Assembly (NCBI GenBank): GCA_973895155.1
Contig: OZ316898.1
Location: forward strand, 6,063,079 to 6,127,078
DNA from: Marsupella aquatica
Lineage: Eukaryota; Plantae; Marchantiophyta
DNA: 64,000 nucleotides
Direction: 5' to 3'
Position numbers and translations under genes: made by a program. Positions 11,301 through 23,279 of the stretch are shown here, piece after piece. Numbering within the stretch: the first letter of the stretch is position 1; each line of letters opens with the position of its first letter. A model generated the notes under the pieces. It saw nothing but the letters and a program-made list of their open reading frames with translations, did not search any database and was not told where the DNA came from.

Positions 11301-14270
11301 TCATTTCATCTGCAGGTTCTGGTCGCTAATTGAGTTAAGTGTGGGTTCCTCAGGTACTCAAAGCTCTTTACTCACTTTTAATGGATATTACATTTGTGTA
11401 CTTTCTGTCCGTCCCAAGCCCAATTTTTGTCTCTTCACTTGAGTTCTATTATTGTTTCCTACTCCACACTTAGTCGTGCAAGTAGCTTCCGTATGTAAGA
11501 CTCGCGCATAGAACAGAAATGCTGCGCCTTACTACACTGTATAAATCAGCATTTGCAGATTGCAGGATTAGCCAAGGTAACAAATGAACTGTTTACATGA
11601 AATGTATTTCAATCACTCATCCCAGAAAAGCGTTGGAAGGTTATCTGTCTGCACGATTATTTCTAAATATCTCAAGAGTTACGTTCATATCTTAAAAGTT
11701 AGTATGCCAAGAACGTTCTAAGTTTTTTCACCGCTGTGCAGGAAATTAGGATGCTTTTATCGGAGATGTCTCAAGAGGAAAATTGCAATTCAACTCCTTT
11801 TCTCTTTCCACAACTCTGTAATCAATTACGACAGAAGATTTTGCAACTACATGCAGCACTGAATGGTAAAATGAGCATTCCGAGGTTTTTATTTCAGAGT
11901 TTTTTGAACCTAGACTTGAGGCGTCCATAAGTAATTTCTACAGTCTACAACCTAGTAGTATTAACAGACACTGTTGAAAGAGAGTCAGCTACTTCTACGT
12001 TACTTCCCTTAGACTAACGAAGTTGTGATATGCTAGAATATTATTTCTATCCAATGAGGTCTTCTGGTGTTTGTAGGGAAGCAAATGGAAGCTCGGTTTC
12101 TACTGAGAAGGTGTCCAGCCACGCCACTGATGCTGCATTCATCAAGGTCAATGTCACCAAAGCCAATCTATCTGATGCCTAACCAGAAGTCAGTGGACCA
12201 AGCTCTTGCAAAACTTTCATCAGGTGTTGTAGGAGGAAGAAAATTCTATGCTCCGCCTTTGACAAACCCGGCATCTGTTGTTTCTGACAATCGGATTGCA
12301 CGTAGTGATGCATCGAAAATACAGTCAGCAGTCCCTTCAGAACAGAAGTTGATCCACACTCAGTCATTTGTGCCCCTAATACAAGGCTCAAAAGGCAATA
12401 CAACAGAGTTACAGAACACAAGCTCAGATCCACCAGATAGTGCAGATACCCAAAACAGCGCGAAGCTGCTGCAGTGGTACTTTTTAGGCCAGGGAACTCC
12501 ATCTAAGCGCACTGCAGGGCAGGGAACACTCACAGATTTTAGTAGGGGACACGACGCAATTGTAAAGAAGGGGATAATAGAGACCTTAGACCCCAGCCAG
12601 AAAAACTGTGACCCCAGCTTTTCCAGTCCGAAAGTTTCCCCAAAATTAAAGGGTCCAGAGTATAATTTTAACAAGAGCTTTGATGATCAACCACTGCCGG
12701 TACCACAAAGGAGCAAGATACAGGAAATGCCGTTCGAAGAAATGGTTGTTGGGGGCAGCAATGCAAGTATGTATTTGACAGAGTATGCACCAAGCACAGA
12801 TTCGATTGATAAGCCAAAACGCCCATTTTTGAAGCGCAAGTCAAGAGTGATGCCTCCTCAAAAGCTTGACTGGTCTAAGGTCAGTACAAAGTCTGGAAAA
12901 GAATTTTCGTCTTCACATTGAATTTCAAGAATAATCTGAATTTCTATGTCCAGAATTGATTGACTTTTAGTACTTGTCTAGGAATAAGTCCTTGGCTATA
13001 ATAGGTGCTGTTAAGGTGGAAACATCCGTTGCCACTATCAAGCAGAGTCCTCAAATTGATTCAACCTGATACCGGTGTCGTAGCATGTTCCGTTGACTGC
13101 AAACATGTTACCATCGTAATGTAGCATGTTCGGTTGACTGCAAGCATGTTAGTATGCTAAAAAGATACTCTCTATGCGGCTTTACAGGTAAAGCCGATGG
13201 TGAGCTCTCGCTTGGAGCCTGAACTGAAGACCAAACTTTCCTTGTGTAAGGGATCCTCCAAAGAACCCAGCAAGAACAATTCAAAGAAGAAGAAGGTATC
13301 GCTCCCTTTTTTCCTAGGATGATTTACTGGATCTATGACGTAATGCCCGTAGAATAATTGATCTTTATCGCAGGGGAGACATCAAACGTCCATCTTCATG
13401 TTCATGTTCACAAAAGACAAGACATGAGAAGCCTCTAAAGACGCACCCGTTTCCTTTTCACTTGAGGAGTCCAGCACAAAAAATATAGTCGAACACATTC
13501 GTTCTCTTTGAAATTATGTATCTTACTTTGATTTACTCACTTGTTCTTCCTTGTTCTCCCTGCTCTTCATGATTAACATCAATGCGAAGTCAGAACTTTG
13601 ATTGTGATTTCTTGACTTGCAGGCAAACTATAGCAACGTAAAAAGCCGGCTGTTCAGCTATGAGGAAAATGTGAGCCCAAGCGATTCCGCGGACGGAACA
13701 TGCTTGCAAATAGAGACAAATGAAGCTGGCTATCCACCCATGGTAAGGGGTGGATGCAGGGAATCAAGGGGATCCGAAACTGGTCGAAATTCAGGAGTCC
13801 TAGTAAACCGCCAAAGAGCAGCTAGTCCTGATCTAATGCATCTACGACGCATGGCAGATGCAGATAGACATTGTTCCCAACATACGATGCAGGAGGCACA
13901 AAGTGGGGCAACTTATAGCTCTCATTTCAATTCTGCAAGATATCTCCACAAACTTGAGAATTCAGAGGGAACATCCAAGGATACCTTGGTAGGCTCATGC
14001 CAACAGAGGACACAAAGAATTAGATTGCGAATTGTACCCAGGTCCAAAGAGAACGAAGTCGGTGATTTATTTGTGCAAGACGAGATGCCGGAGATGTGGG
14101 AAGACCAAAGCCCTTCTGCTCATGGCAAAGGAAAGAGGCAGCAAAGTCATTCTCACAGGTACGCAATCTATCAAGAGCAAGATGCCAGATATTCAAGTAG
14201 GGTTACTGACACCACTAGCCCGGACTGTGCAGAAGAGGACAGAAATGCCACTGGAAGAGCTTCAAGAAAG
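1476..14270 (+). CDS. Very large multi-exon IQ-motif (calmodulin-binding-like) protein with a long low-complexity N-terminal region; function unknown
   Basis: Open frame 1449-8549 with first ATG at 1476 and donor AAG|GTAACT after 8399. Manually predicted GT-AG exons, mostly phase-consistent: 8733-8791, ~9455/9476-9593, 10067-10243, 10621-10764, 10957-11017, (start unresolved)-11292, 11742-11865, 12077-12879, 13188-13295, 13623-14270. IQ-like motifs are AAACIQRYWRKY, AARIIQRAWRSV and IQAATEGARVRRRL. The true 5' start and last exon(s), possibly reaching ~15700, are unresolved. Confidence 0.75.
13078..13150. repeat. Short intronic tandem duplication (~42 bp)
   Basis: GTAGCATGTTC(C)GTTGACTGCAA(A/G)CATGTTA occurs twice. 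Confidence 0.7.
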
Positions 14271-16779
14271 GTTTGCGCCCTGCTTCTCATCCATCCATTT
14301 AACTTCCTTACCACGTTTCTCCGCCACAATCGTATGATCTGCCGTAGTACCACAGACGTCCATTGAAAGGCCATAACAAATTAAATTCAATGAAAAACCG
14401 CAACGCGCCAGTGAGTAGGAACAGATGGGACATTACAGTCCTACAGAACTGAATAGACAGCCCTCGAAACAGATAAACATCTCAGATTGAAATGTATGAC
14501 GAGGTCTAAGCCTAATAATAAACGGATCGCAACGTAAGAAAATCTTCTCATAAAATACAGATAACGAAGGCATGCTTCCATCTTCAGAAGACCTAGATAT
14601 CAATGAACCACCGACGAATGGTAAAGTAGACAATTTCACTTCTGAGACGTTGGACTTGACTGGTACTTAATGACGTCCTCCAGAAAACACAAGAAGCATT
14701 GAGACATGAAGTGTACAAGTACTTCGAAACAAAGTGAATTAATTTCAAGTCAACATTCATTCGGACAGCGGAGAAGCTCTCAGCTACCAACTCAAAATAA
14801 AGGCAGCACGGAATGGTGAATGTTCCCTAAGCAGAATTCTCGAATTTCATTCGATCAGTGATAGGACAATGAATATGGTGAGACATAGATCAATGTACAA
14901 TAATGGGACTTACATAAATACATAAGATTTGGGACTCGGATCAACATAGAGTCGATCAGATTGGATCAATGTATACGTAATGAAAAATAGAGATTGTTCA
15001 TTGTTCAGGATTAAGTTAAGCCGATAGAACTCCTTCACAGCTGTGCACAGCTTCATGAAAAGGAGTACAAGAAATGTAGATGTTACGACATCTCTAAACA
15101 TGTGGAATTGTGTTATTGCTGGGCATTATGCACTACAACCAGCCTGCACAAGCATTATCAAGAAAGCCTGAAGTCACAGAAGCTACTGAATAGCTGGTGG
15201 CGAGCTCAATGCAAAGAGGGATAGAAGATGCATCCAGAAGCAACAAAATTGTGTTGTGCTTCTTGTTGATGACACACCCAAAGCTGAGTAGATCAAATCA
15301 AGTGAATGATTCGAGCTCAAAAACCAGTCTTGGCTTCTTCAAATCCAAACTTTGGGCACGAAATACAAGTGAAAGGTACTTGCCTCTGAGCGCAACGGGA
15401 AAGGAGAGGAAACTCGGAAACAAGACTCAGCTATCAAATCATGTGAGGAAATAGCCCTTCCAGACGCTATCTCATACTTGAACGATTTTTGTTTTGTACA
15501 TTCTCGCTAAATTAATAAATTCAATGTGTGTAATTTCTCGCAAGTGACTTTCATGAGGAAAACAAACGTTCATGTATTTTGCTGGTAACAGGACCACAGA
15601 CAGAGTTGACCTGAAGTGGTCCCTGAACGAGTTCAATTGGAACAATAATGCCCATAGACAAGCTCCATTTTGAAGAGATGCAACATTCATTGAAGCCTAT
15701 CTTTGTAAAATCCATGGAAGAATGAACTAACTTCATTTCTCCCGGGATAAGAAAGGAGAAAATATAATTGCTTGGTTGAAGTCTGTGATAACCAAAAAAG
15801 GTCAAATTTATGCACTACTATATGGTTTTGAGCCTGGTACTAGGAGAAACAATATTTCCCAGTCTTATTCATGTTGGATAGGATTATTCAACGTGCATGG
15901 AAATACAAACCAAGTGCCTCAAACAAGATGTTCGTCTCGAGAGGTCTCAGTTCTCTTACCAGTCAATCTTCTTACACCAAAGCTGGCAAATGACCAATAT
16001 CAAGAGATATGGATTTCAGTGCATATATGTAACGGAAGCCAATGATGTTACCTTATATAGCATGAAACTGAAGCTCCCATGGACCACAACATTAAGTTGA
16101 CAACTTGGATGGGCAACTGCAACTTATATGGATTCCTAAGACACATTGTTTTCTCTATGTAAATGCTCATTTATTTGAGTGTTGGAAGGTGTTTAGTCAA
16201 TTGGAATTTTAAGGTCAGAGGTTGTGCTCCATCCAACTGTCAACTCCTACATGTCATCCTGCTAAAATTCACTTTTCTTGTGACTCCCATCACCCTGCAC
16301 CCCCACCCCTAAAACCAAAAATGAAAAGGAAAGTAATCGTATTGCAATTCTGAGCAATATATAAAACTATGTAAATCAGGGATCCAAGTGTATGGAAAAC
16401 TATGTACATTGAAAGGAATTCCAACGCATGGCCATAGAAGAATTGAAAGCAGTGGCTTTTACATGTTGAGTGTGTAGAAAACTTAATTGTGCTTGTTGGT
16501 GTTCTAATAAACCTTGAGATATGAAAGGACAAGCTTCCTAGATATTTGAGAACAAGACTGGTATCTGATCAGATTCTCATCAGCCCACACACAATGTTGT
16601 CATGTTGTTTGATGTGCTCATTATTTTCTTTTCTATTTGTTTTGAAAAATTCTTTACTTGTCAGTCCCCACCAGCCAATGTTTTCATGGTTTTTTAATTT
16701 GCCAAAGTGGGGACTAGCTCTGGAAGGGGAGCAGGAACTTTATAGTACAAGCAGGAACTTAGCTACACTGTCCACTCTA

Positions 16780-18130
16780 AATAGTGTGAGTATGTTATTA
16801 GTGTGACAACAAAATTAGAGTGACTCACACTAAATTGTGTGAACTTTTTTCTAACCCAAATCACACTAATTATGTTAAGTCACACACTTTACTCTGTATT
16901 GAGAGCCCGCTTGAGTCTCAGTTTTATGCCCGTATTCTCGTGTGCAGTATTCAAGGCTAACACCTCAATTAGTGAAACCAAAAGTATGACTTCATGTGAC
17001 TTAAATTAGGGTGACACCTGAAATAATGTGAGTCACATTATTTAATGTGCGATGTAAAATTTGAAGGGCAACTTAATTAGTGTGACTAATACTCATTGTG
17101 GTGGATCATAGTGTAGTTATCTAATACCTATGATCAGTTGTACAGACAGCACTTTCTTGCCAACCCTTCCCCACAGTGAATTCAATGGTTGTGAATAGTA
17201 GAGATTTCCTGCCTGAGTGGCATTTGCCAGGCCATTTTGAGATAGGTTCTTGGCTAATATTTGCCCATAAAAGATGGATGGTCCCCAGCAAAGGACCGTG
17301 TTCACCATCCACTCATCTTAGATATTCCTTCCCCACTCGCCCCACCCCTATGTTTCCTTTTAGCTTTTATTCATGCCCCAACCTTAGAGGTCCACTTGTG
17401 CGCAGGAAGTCAGAGCTTCTTGTACCCAGACTCAGCAGGTTTGTCGTTCCTCACAAGCATAGTGTAAATACCGTTTAAAAAATGTTACCATAAATGATAT
17501 TGCACACTGTTTAACTCTAGTAGACTTTGATCATAAATTATAGTATGGAGTGACTCATCCTGTGACTCATATAAGATTTTTCTCTACCAGAACAGATCAA
17601 AGGCTAAGACAAGGGCTTATAATGCATGATCTAGAGTGAATGCTCCACTGTAGCTCTGGGGCACAGCTATGGTTATAATTGTCAAAGCTAGGATAAGCAC
17701 CTACAATATAGATTGAAGCCTCTAGACTTTTACTCACTTCCCCAGCTACAATTGGAAATGGAATATGATCATTTACAGGCAAAGCTTGGGCATTCAGGCT
17801 TTAGAAAACTCTCCACCCACCCCCTCCAACCATTCAGCTACACTTTTAACCTTAATAGTGGTACTCACACTAATCCAAGTGCATACATGTTTGGGCTCTA
17901 CCCATGAATTAGTGTTACTCATAATTCTATTATGACAATAGCAGTGTCCATGAATTAGTGTTAGTGAGTCTCAAGGGCGGAAAGTATTGGGAAAAAACTT
18001 TTTGAAAAGTTTACAAGTTCGGTGTTACTTTGGACTCAAGATCACCCAGTTTTAATCAGCTCTTTTCAACAAAAGTGGAATTTTGTTTTGGGGAAACTAA
18101 CACGAATTAGTGTTACTTTGGACTCAATAT
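16780..18130. repeat. Region of dispersed degenerate AATTAGTGTGACTCA-like motifs in both orientations
   Basis: Variants near 16798, 16816, 16860, 17000-17040, 17075, 17549, 17855, 17906, 17951 and 18104. Confidence 0.55.
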
Positions 18131-18668
18131 CACTTTCAGAGTCTCATGTCTTGTTTGTTTGTTGGCTCAGTCTTGGCCCTTGTCTCTTGGGGTGGCTTTT
18201 GGCACTTCAGCATGGTTGGTGTGCATTCTGGCCCTTGTTCTACTTTGCCCCGTCGGTCTTTCTTGTAGTGGCCCCTATTAGCCATTTACTCTTATGTCTA
18301 GAGTTACAAATGTAACAGTAGTTAGGGCGAACCTTAGTTTCAGACTTGGTTAGGTTAGTCATGGTGCACACTATATACTCAAGTAATGTTTGCTTAGATA
18401 ATATGAACTGAGGCTCATTTTTACAGGGTCAGTTGAAAGATAAAGCCCTTGTGTTTTCCCGTGTATTTAATTTCAGTTAAAGTGAATCACATATCTGTGT
18501 GTAGGTTACTAATGCGTTAGATGATCATGGGCTTGTTGTTATGTATATAGTCTTTGCTTAATAGCCCTTGTAAATGGTTCATCTTTCAAATGTTTTGGTG
18601 GGGGGGGGGGAGATCAGTTTCACCAAAATTAGCATCTGTGACTCTCATTGTTACTTAACTCTAGTTAT

Positions 18669-19321
18669 AGCTTTTTACTATCCTGTCCCCCAAACTACCC
18701 GAATTTGATAACCATCCCCCCAAACAAATTAGTTTGCCAAGTTGCCCCCCATTTGGTATATGGGTTAAGGCTAACTAAGTACATGGTCACCAGTGCCACA
18801 GGGCACGTTGCCACTGGTTTGGGCTAACCCATGGCTCTTCCCCGCCCCTCTCCCCCTTCCCCATCAGTGCGCTCCTGCCGCTGGCCCGAACAGAGCCATT
18901 CACGACTATGTAGGCCTGAAAGCCCTCCTGCGAATGACCCATTCTTGGCCCCTCGCCTTCACTCGAGAGAAAGCTGCCCACACTGCCAAGCCCTCGTTGT
19001 CTCCTCCAAAGACAACGCAAATGTTTACACATTTGCTCTTGTTAGGTTTGACCAAAAACAGTTGCACATCCAAAGCCTTTGACATTATCACATCAGTGCG
19101 CTTTGGCTGGCGACGGGAGCGCACTGATGGGAAGGGGGAGAAGGGCGGCTAAAGAGCCATGGGTTAGCCCAAACCAGTTGCAATGTGTCATGTGGCGCCA
19201 GTAACCATGTACTGAGTTAGCCTTAATCCATATATGAAATGGGGGGCAACTTGGCAAATTAATTTGTTTGGGGGGCAAGTTATCAAATTGTGTAGTTTGG
19301 GGGACAGGATAATAAAAAGCT
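18669..19321. mobile_element. Non-autonomous long-TIR DNA transposon (Mutator-like/foldback MITE), ~650 bp
   Basis: Imperfect inverted repeats of ~220 bp: AGCTTTTTACTATCCTGTCCCCCAAACTAC... and ...GTAGTTTGGGGGACAGGATAATAAAAAGCT. The flanks share (A)C(T/A)CTAGTTAT, an imperfect TSD-like repeat. No transposase is present. Confidence 0.8.
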
Positions 19322-19489
19322 GACACTAGTTATGAATAATAAGTGTACGTTAGAAAATAAATAGGAAATAAATAAATAACCTTTGGAGCCGAATTCTTTC
19401 CTTCGCACAAGTACATATATTCGTCCGATTTACCTTCCGGAAATAATGGCGCTTGCGAGATTCGAGCTCCGGCCAGTCCTCGGGAGGGC

Positions 19490-19730
19490 CTGCGCCCTCA
19501 GCCAATCCGAGCCGACTGTAAATTAAAACTATATAAGAATAACAATTAAAAATAACTGAAACCGAATTCCGAACCTAGCAGCCGACCCGAGCTCCGCCCA
19601 GTCCGAGGCTGGCTCGCTGGTTCGCTCGCTCGCTCGCTCGATCTCCACCCTCTTCGCACTCATCCCTCAATCCAAGTTATCCAATAACGATCTCGAATCC
19701 TGCATCCAATTGGAATTGGGTGCGCAATCA
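19490..19730 (+). promoter_or_regulatory. Putative Lhca3 promoter with CCAAT boxes and a GATA/I-box-like TTATCC
   Basis: CCAAT near 19502, 19681 and 19706; GTTATCC at 19676; TATAAGAA at ~19530; (GCTC)n at 19621-19640. A CT-rich leader lies downstream. The motifs are short, so function is inferred only. Confidence 0.4.
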
Positions 19731-20006
19731 CTCTCCCCGGCCCAGCACTGGAGCAGCATCAGCAGCAGTGCCCAGTGCCAGCTCCAGCCAAAAAACACGG
19801 GCGCCATCCCCATCGCTTTTTCATGACCCACCCCCAATTCCCTCACACTCTCCTCCCTTTCTGAGAGCTTTTCTCGTCGCAGTGATTCAGTTGATTGCGA
19901 AGAATAGAGGAATTTCTCGTTTTTTTCTCTGTGCTGCCTGTGGACTGAGCTCAGAGGACGAAGAGGAAGACGAGGAGGAGGAGGAGGAAAGCAGACGCTC
20001 GCGGCT

Positions 20007-20879
20007 ATGGCGACCGCAGTCTCGGCCACCGCTGTGTTCACCGCCTCCGCTGTTGGACCCTCGAAGGCGGTCGCAACGACAACATGCATTCAGCAGCAGC
20101 AGAGGTTGATGGGAGGTAATGCGCTGCGAATTGCAGCGACACCGATCGGGCAGACGGCCTCGAGGAGATCAGTAGTTGTGAAGGCGACTTCGGACAAGCC
20201 CGTGAAGCCCAACAGGCAGCTCGTCTTCGCTTCGGAGCAGAGCCTGAGCTACCTCGACGGGTCGCTCCCTGGTGACTATGGCTTCGACCCCTTGGGCCTC
20301 TCCGACCCCGAGGGCGTGGGCGGATTCATCGACCCGAACTGGCTCAGGTACGCGGAGCTCATCAACGGGCGCTTCGCAATGCTCGGCGCCGCGGGCGCCA
20401 TCGCGCCAGAGATCTTCGGCAAAATCGGGATCATCCCGCAGGAGACCGCCATCCCCTGGTTCCAGACTGGAGTCATCCCGCCCGTCGGGCAGTACTCGTA
20501 CTGGGCCGATCCCTACACGCTGTTCGTGTTGGAGATCGCGCTCATGGGGTTCGCGGAGCACAGACGCGCGCAGGACTACTACAAGCCAGGTTCCATGGGA
20601 AAGCAGTACTTCCTTGGCTTCGAGAAGTTCTTGGGAGGGAGCGGTGACCCGGCGTATCCCGGAGGCCCTTTCTTTAACTTCCTCGGCTTCGGAAAGGACG
20701 AGAAGTCTATGAAGGATTTGAAGGTGAAGGAGGTGAAGAACGGACGACTCGCCATGCTCGCTATTCTGGGATACTTCATCCAAGCCATCTTCACCGGCGT
20801 GGGCCCGTTCCAGAACCTGCTCGACCACCTTGCCGACCCGGTTCACAACAACGTTCTCACCAACTTGAAAATCCATTAG
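20007..20879 (+). CDS. LHCA3: Photosystem I light-harvesting chlorophyll a/b-binding protein 3 precursor (intronless)
   Basis: Ala/Ser/Thr-rich transit peptide followed by the Lhca3 signatures [82 protein letters not shown] and [12 protein letters not shown]. Confidence 0.97.
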   Translation: MATAVSATAVFTASAVGPSKAVATTTCIQQQQRLMGGNALRIAATPIGQTASRRSVVVKATSDKPVKPNRQLVFASEQSLSYLDGSLPGDYGFDPLGLSDPEGVGGFIDPNWLRYAELINGRFAMLGAAGAIAPEIFGKIGIIPQETAIPWFQTGVIPPVGQYSYWADPYTLFVLEIALMGFAEHRRAQDYYKPGSMGKQYFLGFEKFLGGSGDPAYPGGPFFNFLGFGKDEKSMKDLKVKEVKNGRLAMLAILGYFIQAIFTGVGPFQNLLDHLADPVHNNVLTNLKIH

Positions 20880-21021
20880 TTTTTGCTGTTGTTTCATTAG
20901 TCGACACTGTTAATTTTACGCGCTCCTGCTGAAGAAAGGCCTCTTCGTTGTTGTCGTTGTTGCAATCGGTGGTGGCTATGTATCTATGAGTGGTGTATGT
21001 TGTGTGACACTGCAGTGTTAT

Positions 21022-22000
21022 TCATGCATTGTTTCCATCAACTTTCTCTTCCAACGTACCGAGCTGGATGATGAAAAGTAGCAGTTCAGTACTAGGGTGT
21101 TCATTACTCGAAGCTATTAGGCTCCTGGTGCGTGGTGCTGCTGCTGCTGCTGCCGTGTCTGTGACATTGATGTATCTTACATTCCTTGTAAAGAAACGTA
21201 TCGCATTTTCAATCTCTCTCGATAGCTGTCTAATGTTCCAACCCTGGTGTCTGTATTTTTCACCTGCAAAGCTGATGGGCACTCACCCACCAGCTGACAA
21301 ATGGCTGCACAGGCTTGAATTTTGGAACTTCGGACTAATGCTTTCTAAAGGCTGAACAGCTGCAATGCTCATCTCAGAGTACCATTAGATGAGGAATCCT
21401 TCGAGGTTTGGTGACTACCACTCTGCCTCGGTGTGATCATGGTCTTCTCTCTCGTTGCTCAACAATCCGCGCGCAGGGTCGAATTGACTGAGGTCTTTAA
21501 ATTGATTATTGTCCTGTGAAATTACATCTCCTGGTTACATTCCATGGACGAGCTGGGAAGTTTCGCAATCGTTGCCTTCGACATCAGCTGCGAAATTCTG
21601 CATCGACGTCTGGTCTTCACCTGGATATTCAATGTCTATTCTAGAAGCTTCTTGCGGTCACAATGCCCTGACTCCATGTAGCTTCTCTCCAGTTCAGAAT
21701 CCTATTGTGCGCATGTCTATTAGCTCCTCGAGATCGCAATGTCTATGAATTAACCGACCATATCATTTTGTTCATTAAAAATTTATTGCCTGATGGTCAG
21801 CTGAATCAGCTTGTTGGTTTCCCATTGAGCATTCTATTGGCCTCGCCCTTGGATCCCTTGTTTGGGTGGACCCCAAATGGTGGGCCTTTGGATAATTCTG
21901 ATGAAGCCACTCCATTGGTTCGTTCAGTTGTTAGAATCTCCAAAAGATATGGATTTGGATTTGGGTCGCATATCTCTCGTGCTGAACAATCCAATCGTTG
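21022..22000 (-). pseudogene. Decayed coding sequence of an unknown gene
   Basis: One - strand frame across ~21750-21380 reads protein-like with scattered stops (HRHCDLEELIDMRTIGF*TGEKLHGVRAL*PQEASRIDIEYPGEDQ...). An acceptor TTTGCAG|G precedes GEKYRHQGWNIRQLSREIENAIRFF. Confidence 0.35.
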
Positions 22001-22440
22001 AGCACCTTGCGATTCGGGTCGGCAATGAATTTATTTAGTTAATCATGATTAAGCCCGGACGGACCTCAACGTTGTCTGGACTGGAGAACCCTGGATGGAC
22101 CAATTGAAAACATCTTAATTTTGGCGCTTACAATGCGTTTTACACCTATGTCACAGATGTGACCTGGAAATGCCGAAAATAATTCTTGTAGTTAGATTGG
22201 GGAACAATCGATAGGTGTGGGAGATCCGGTTCGAAAATAAATGGAGTACACATTAAGCAAGGAAGAAACTATGTTTTGCCGGAAGTTGCACATATTTGCC
22301 CAGATGTATGGATACACTTTTGCAACCCAGATGAAATACACAGAAACAAGGCGTTTCTGCTCATATGACACTGATGAGTGAACCACACACTGGAATCCTC
22401 ATTTCTGCCCATACTACACCCATGAGTGAATTGTGAGGAG

Positions 22441-22530
22441 AAAATGAGAAACATCTTTGGGAACTTGTAGCTCACAAAATGAGAAACATCTTTGGGAATT
22501 TGTAGCTCACAAAATGAGAGTCATCTTTGG
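22441..22530. repeat. 35-bp tandem repeat, ~2.5 copies
   Basis: AAAATGAGAAACATCTTTGGGAA(C/T)TTGTAGCTCAC is repeated. Confidence 0.85.
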
Positions 22531-23279
22531 AAAATACTACTGTAGCTGTCAATTTTGCATTAAATACGACTACATATAAGCTCTTTGGAAAGTTGTTTCC
22601 AAGCCTCTTGAAATGAAACCAGAACACTTTATTGGATGTCTAGAAATAGTTCTTAATATAGACCATAGAAGTGTTGACACTGAGTGACCCAACCCAGTAG
22701 TCTTTAGAAATTTATAGCTCTTTCAATTTTCCACCCAAACTAAAAATATTAGACGTGCTGAAGATGACTTGTAGCAAACCCAATAACATGGGATGCAGGT
22801 GGATATCATGGGAGATACTGAAAATAGAAGTTTGCACTCGAAATAATCTTGAAATGGGAAAGGTGTTGCTAGAAGGTGTAACTGTCCATGGGGGTTGCAT
22901 AGTCATGGGCACCGTCCATCTGGGCTTCAACTTCTATATTGCTTGGATGGTCCATGGGCTCCGTCCATCCGGCCATAGCTTGGAATTCAAAACAAAACCA
23001 ACAAAGTGGGAGAAAAAGCCCCCGTTGGATGAATTTAGCTGGTTACGTTTTTAAGTGTTCGAGCCTATAACCTAAGTGCCCACTTGTCTGTCGTTACCAG
23101 TAGAAGAGTCATGCATTGCAGCTGCTATAGCTGGAGTATGAACAGGTGCAGTGCTCGCCTGCAAGCTTATGCTTCTTTTCATGTGCTGCGTAGGTAGATA
23201 TCAACACGAAAGCAATGTCCTCAGCTTCGTCAAGAATATCGAAAGAAGAACTACACATACTATGATTTGAAAGAAGACA

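Noticed and set aside
19447-19510. tRNA-like 3' end on the - strand (...GGAGCTCGAATCTCGCAAGCGCCA)
   Set aside because: The T-loop is imperfect, and no matching acceptor stem, D-arm or anticodon arm could be folded.
20169-20897. 242-aa antisense ORF and other overlapping ORFs across Lhca3
   Set aside because: These are shadow ORFs expected from the strong GC3 bias of the sense gene, with no independent domain signal.
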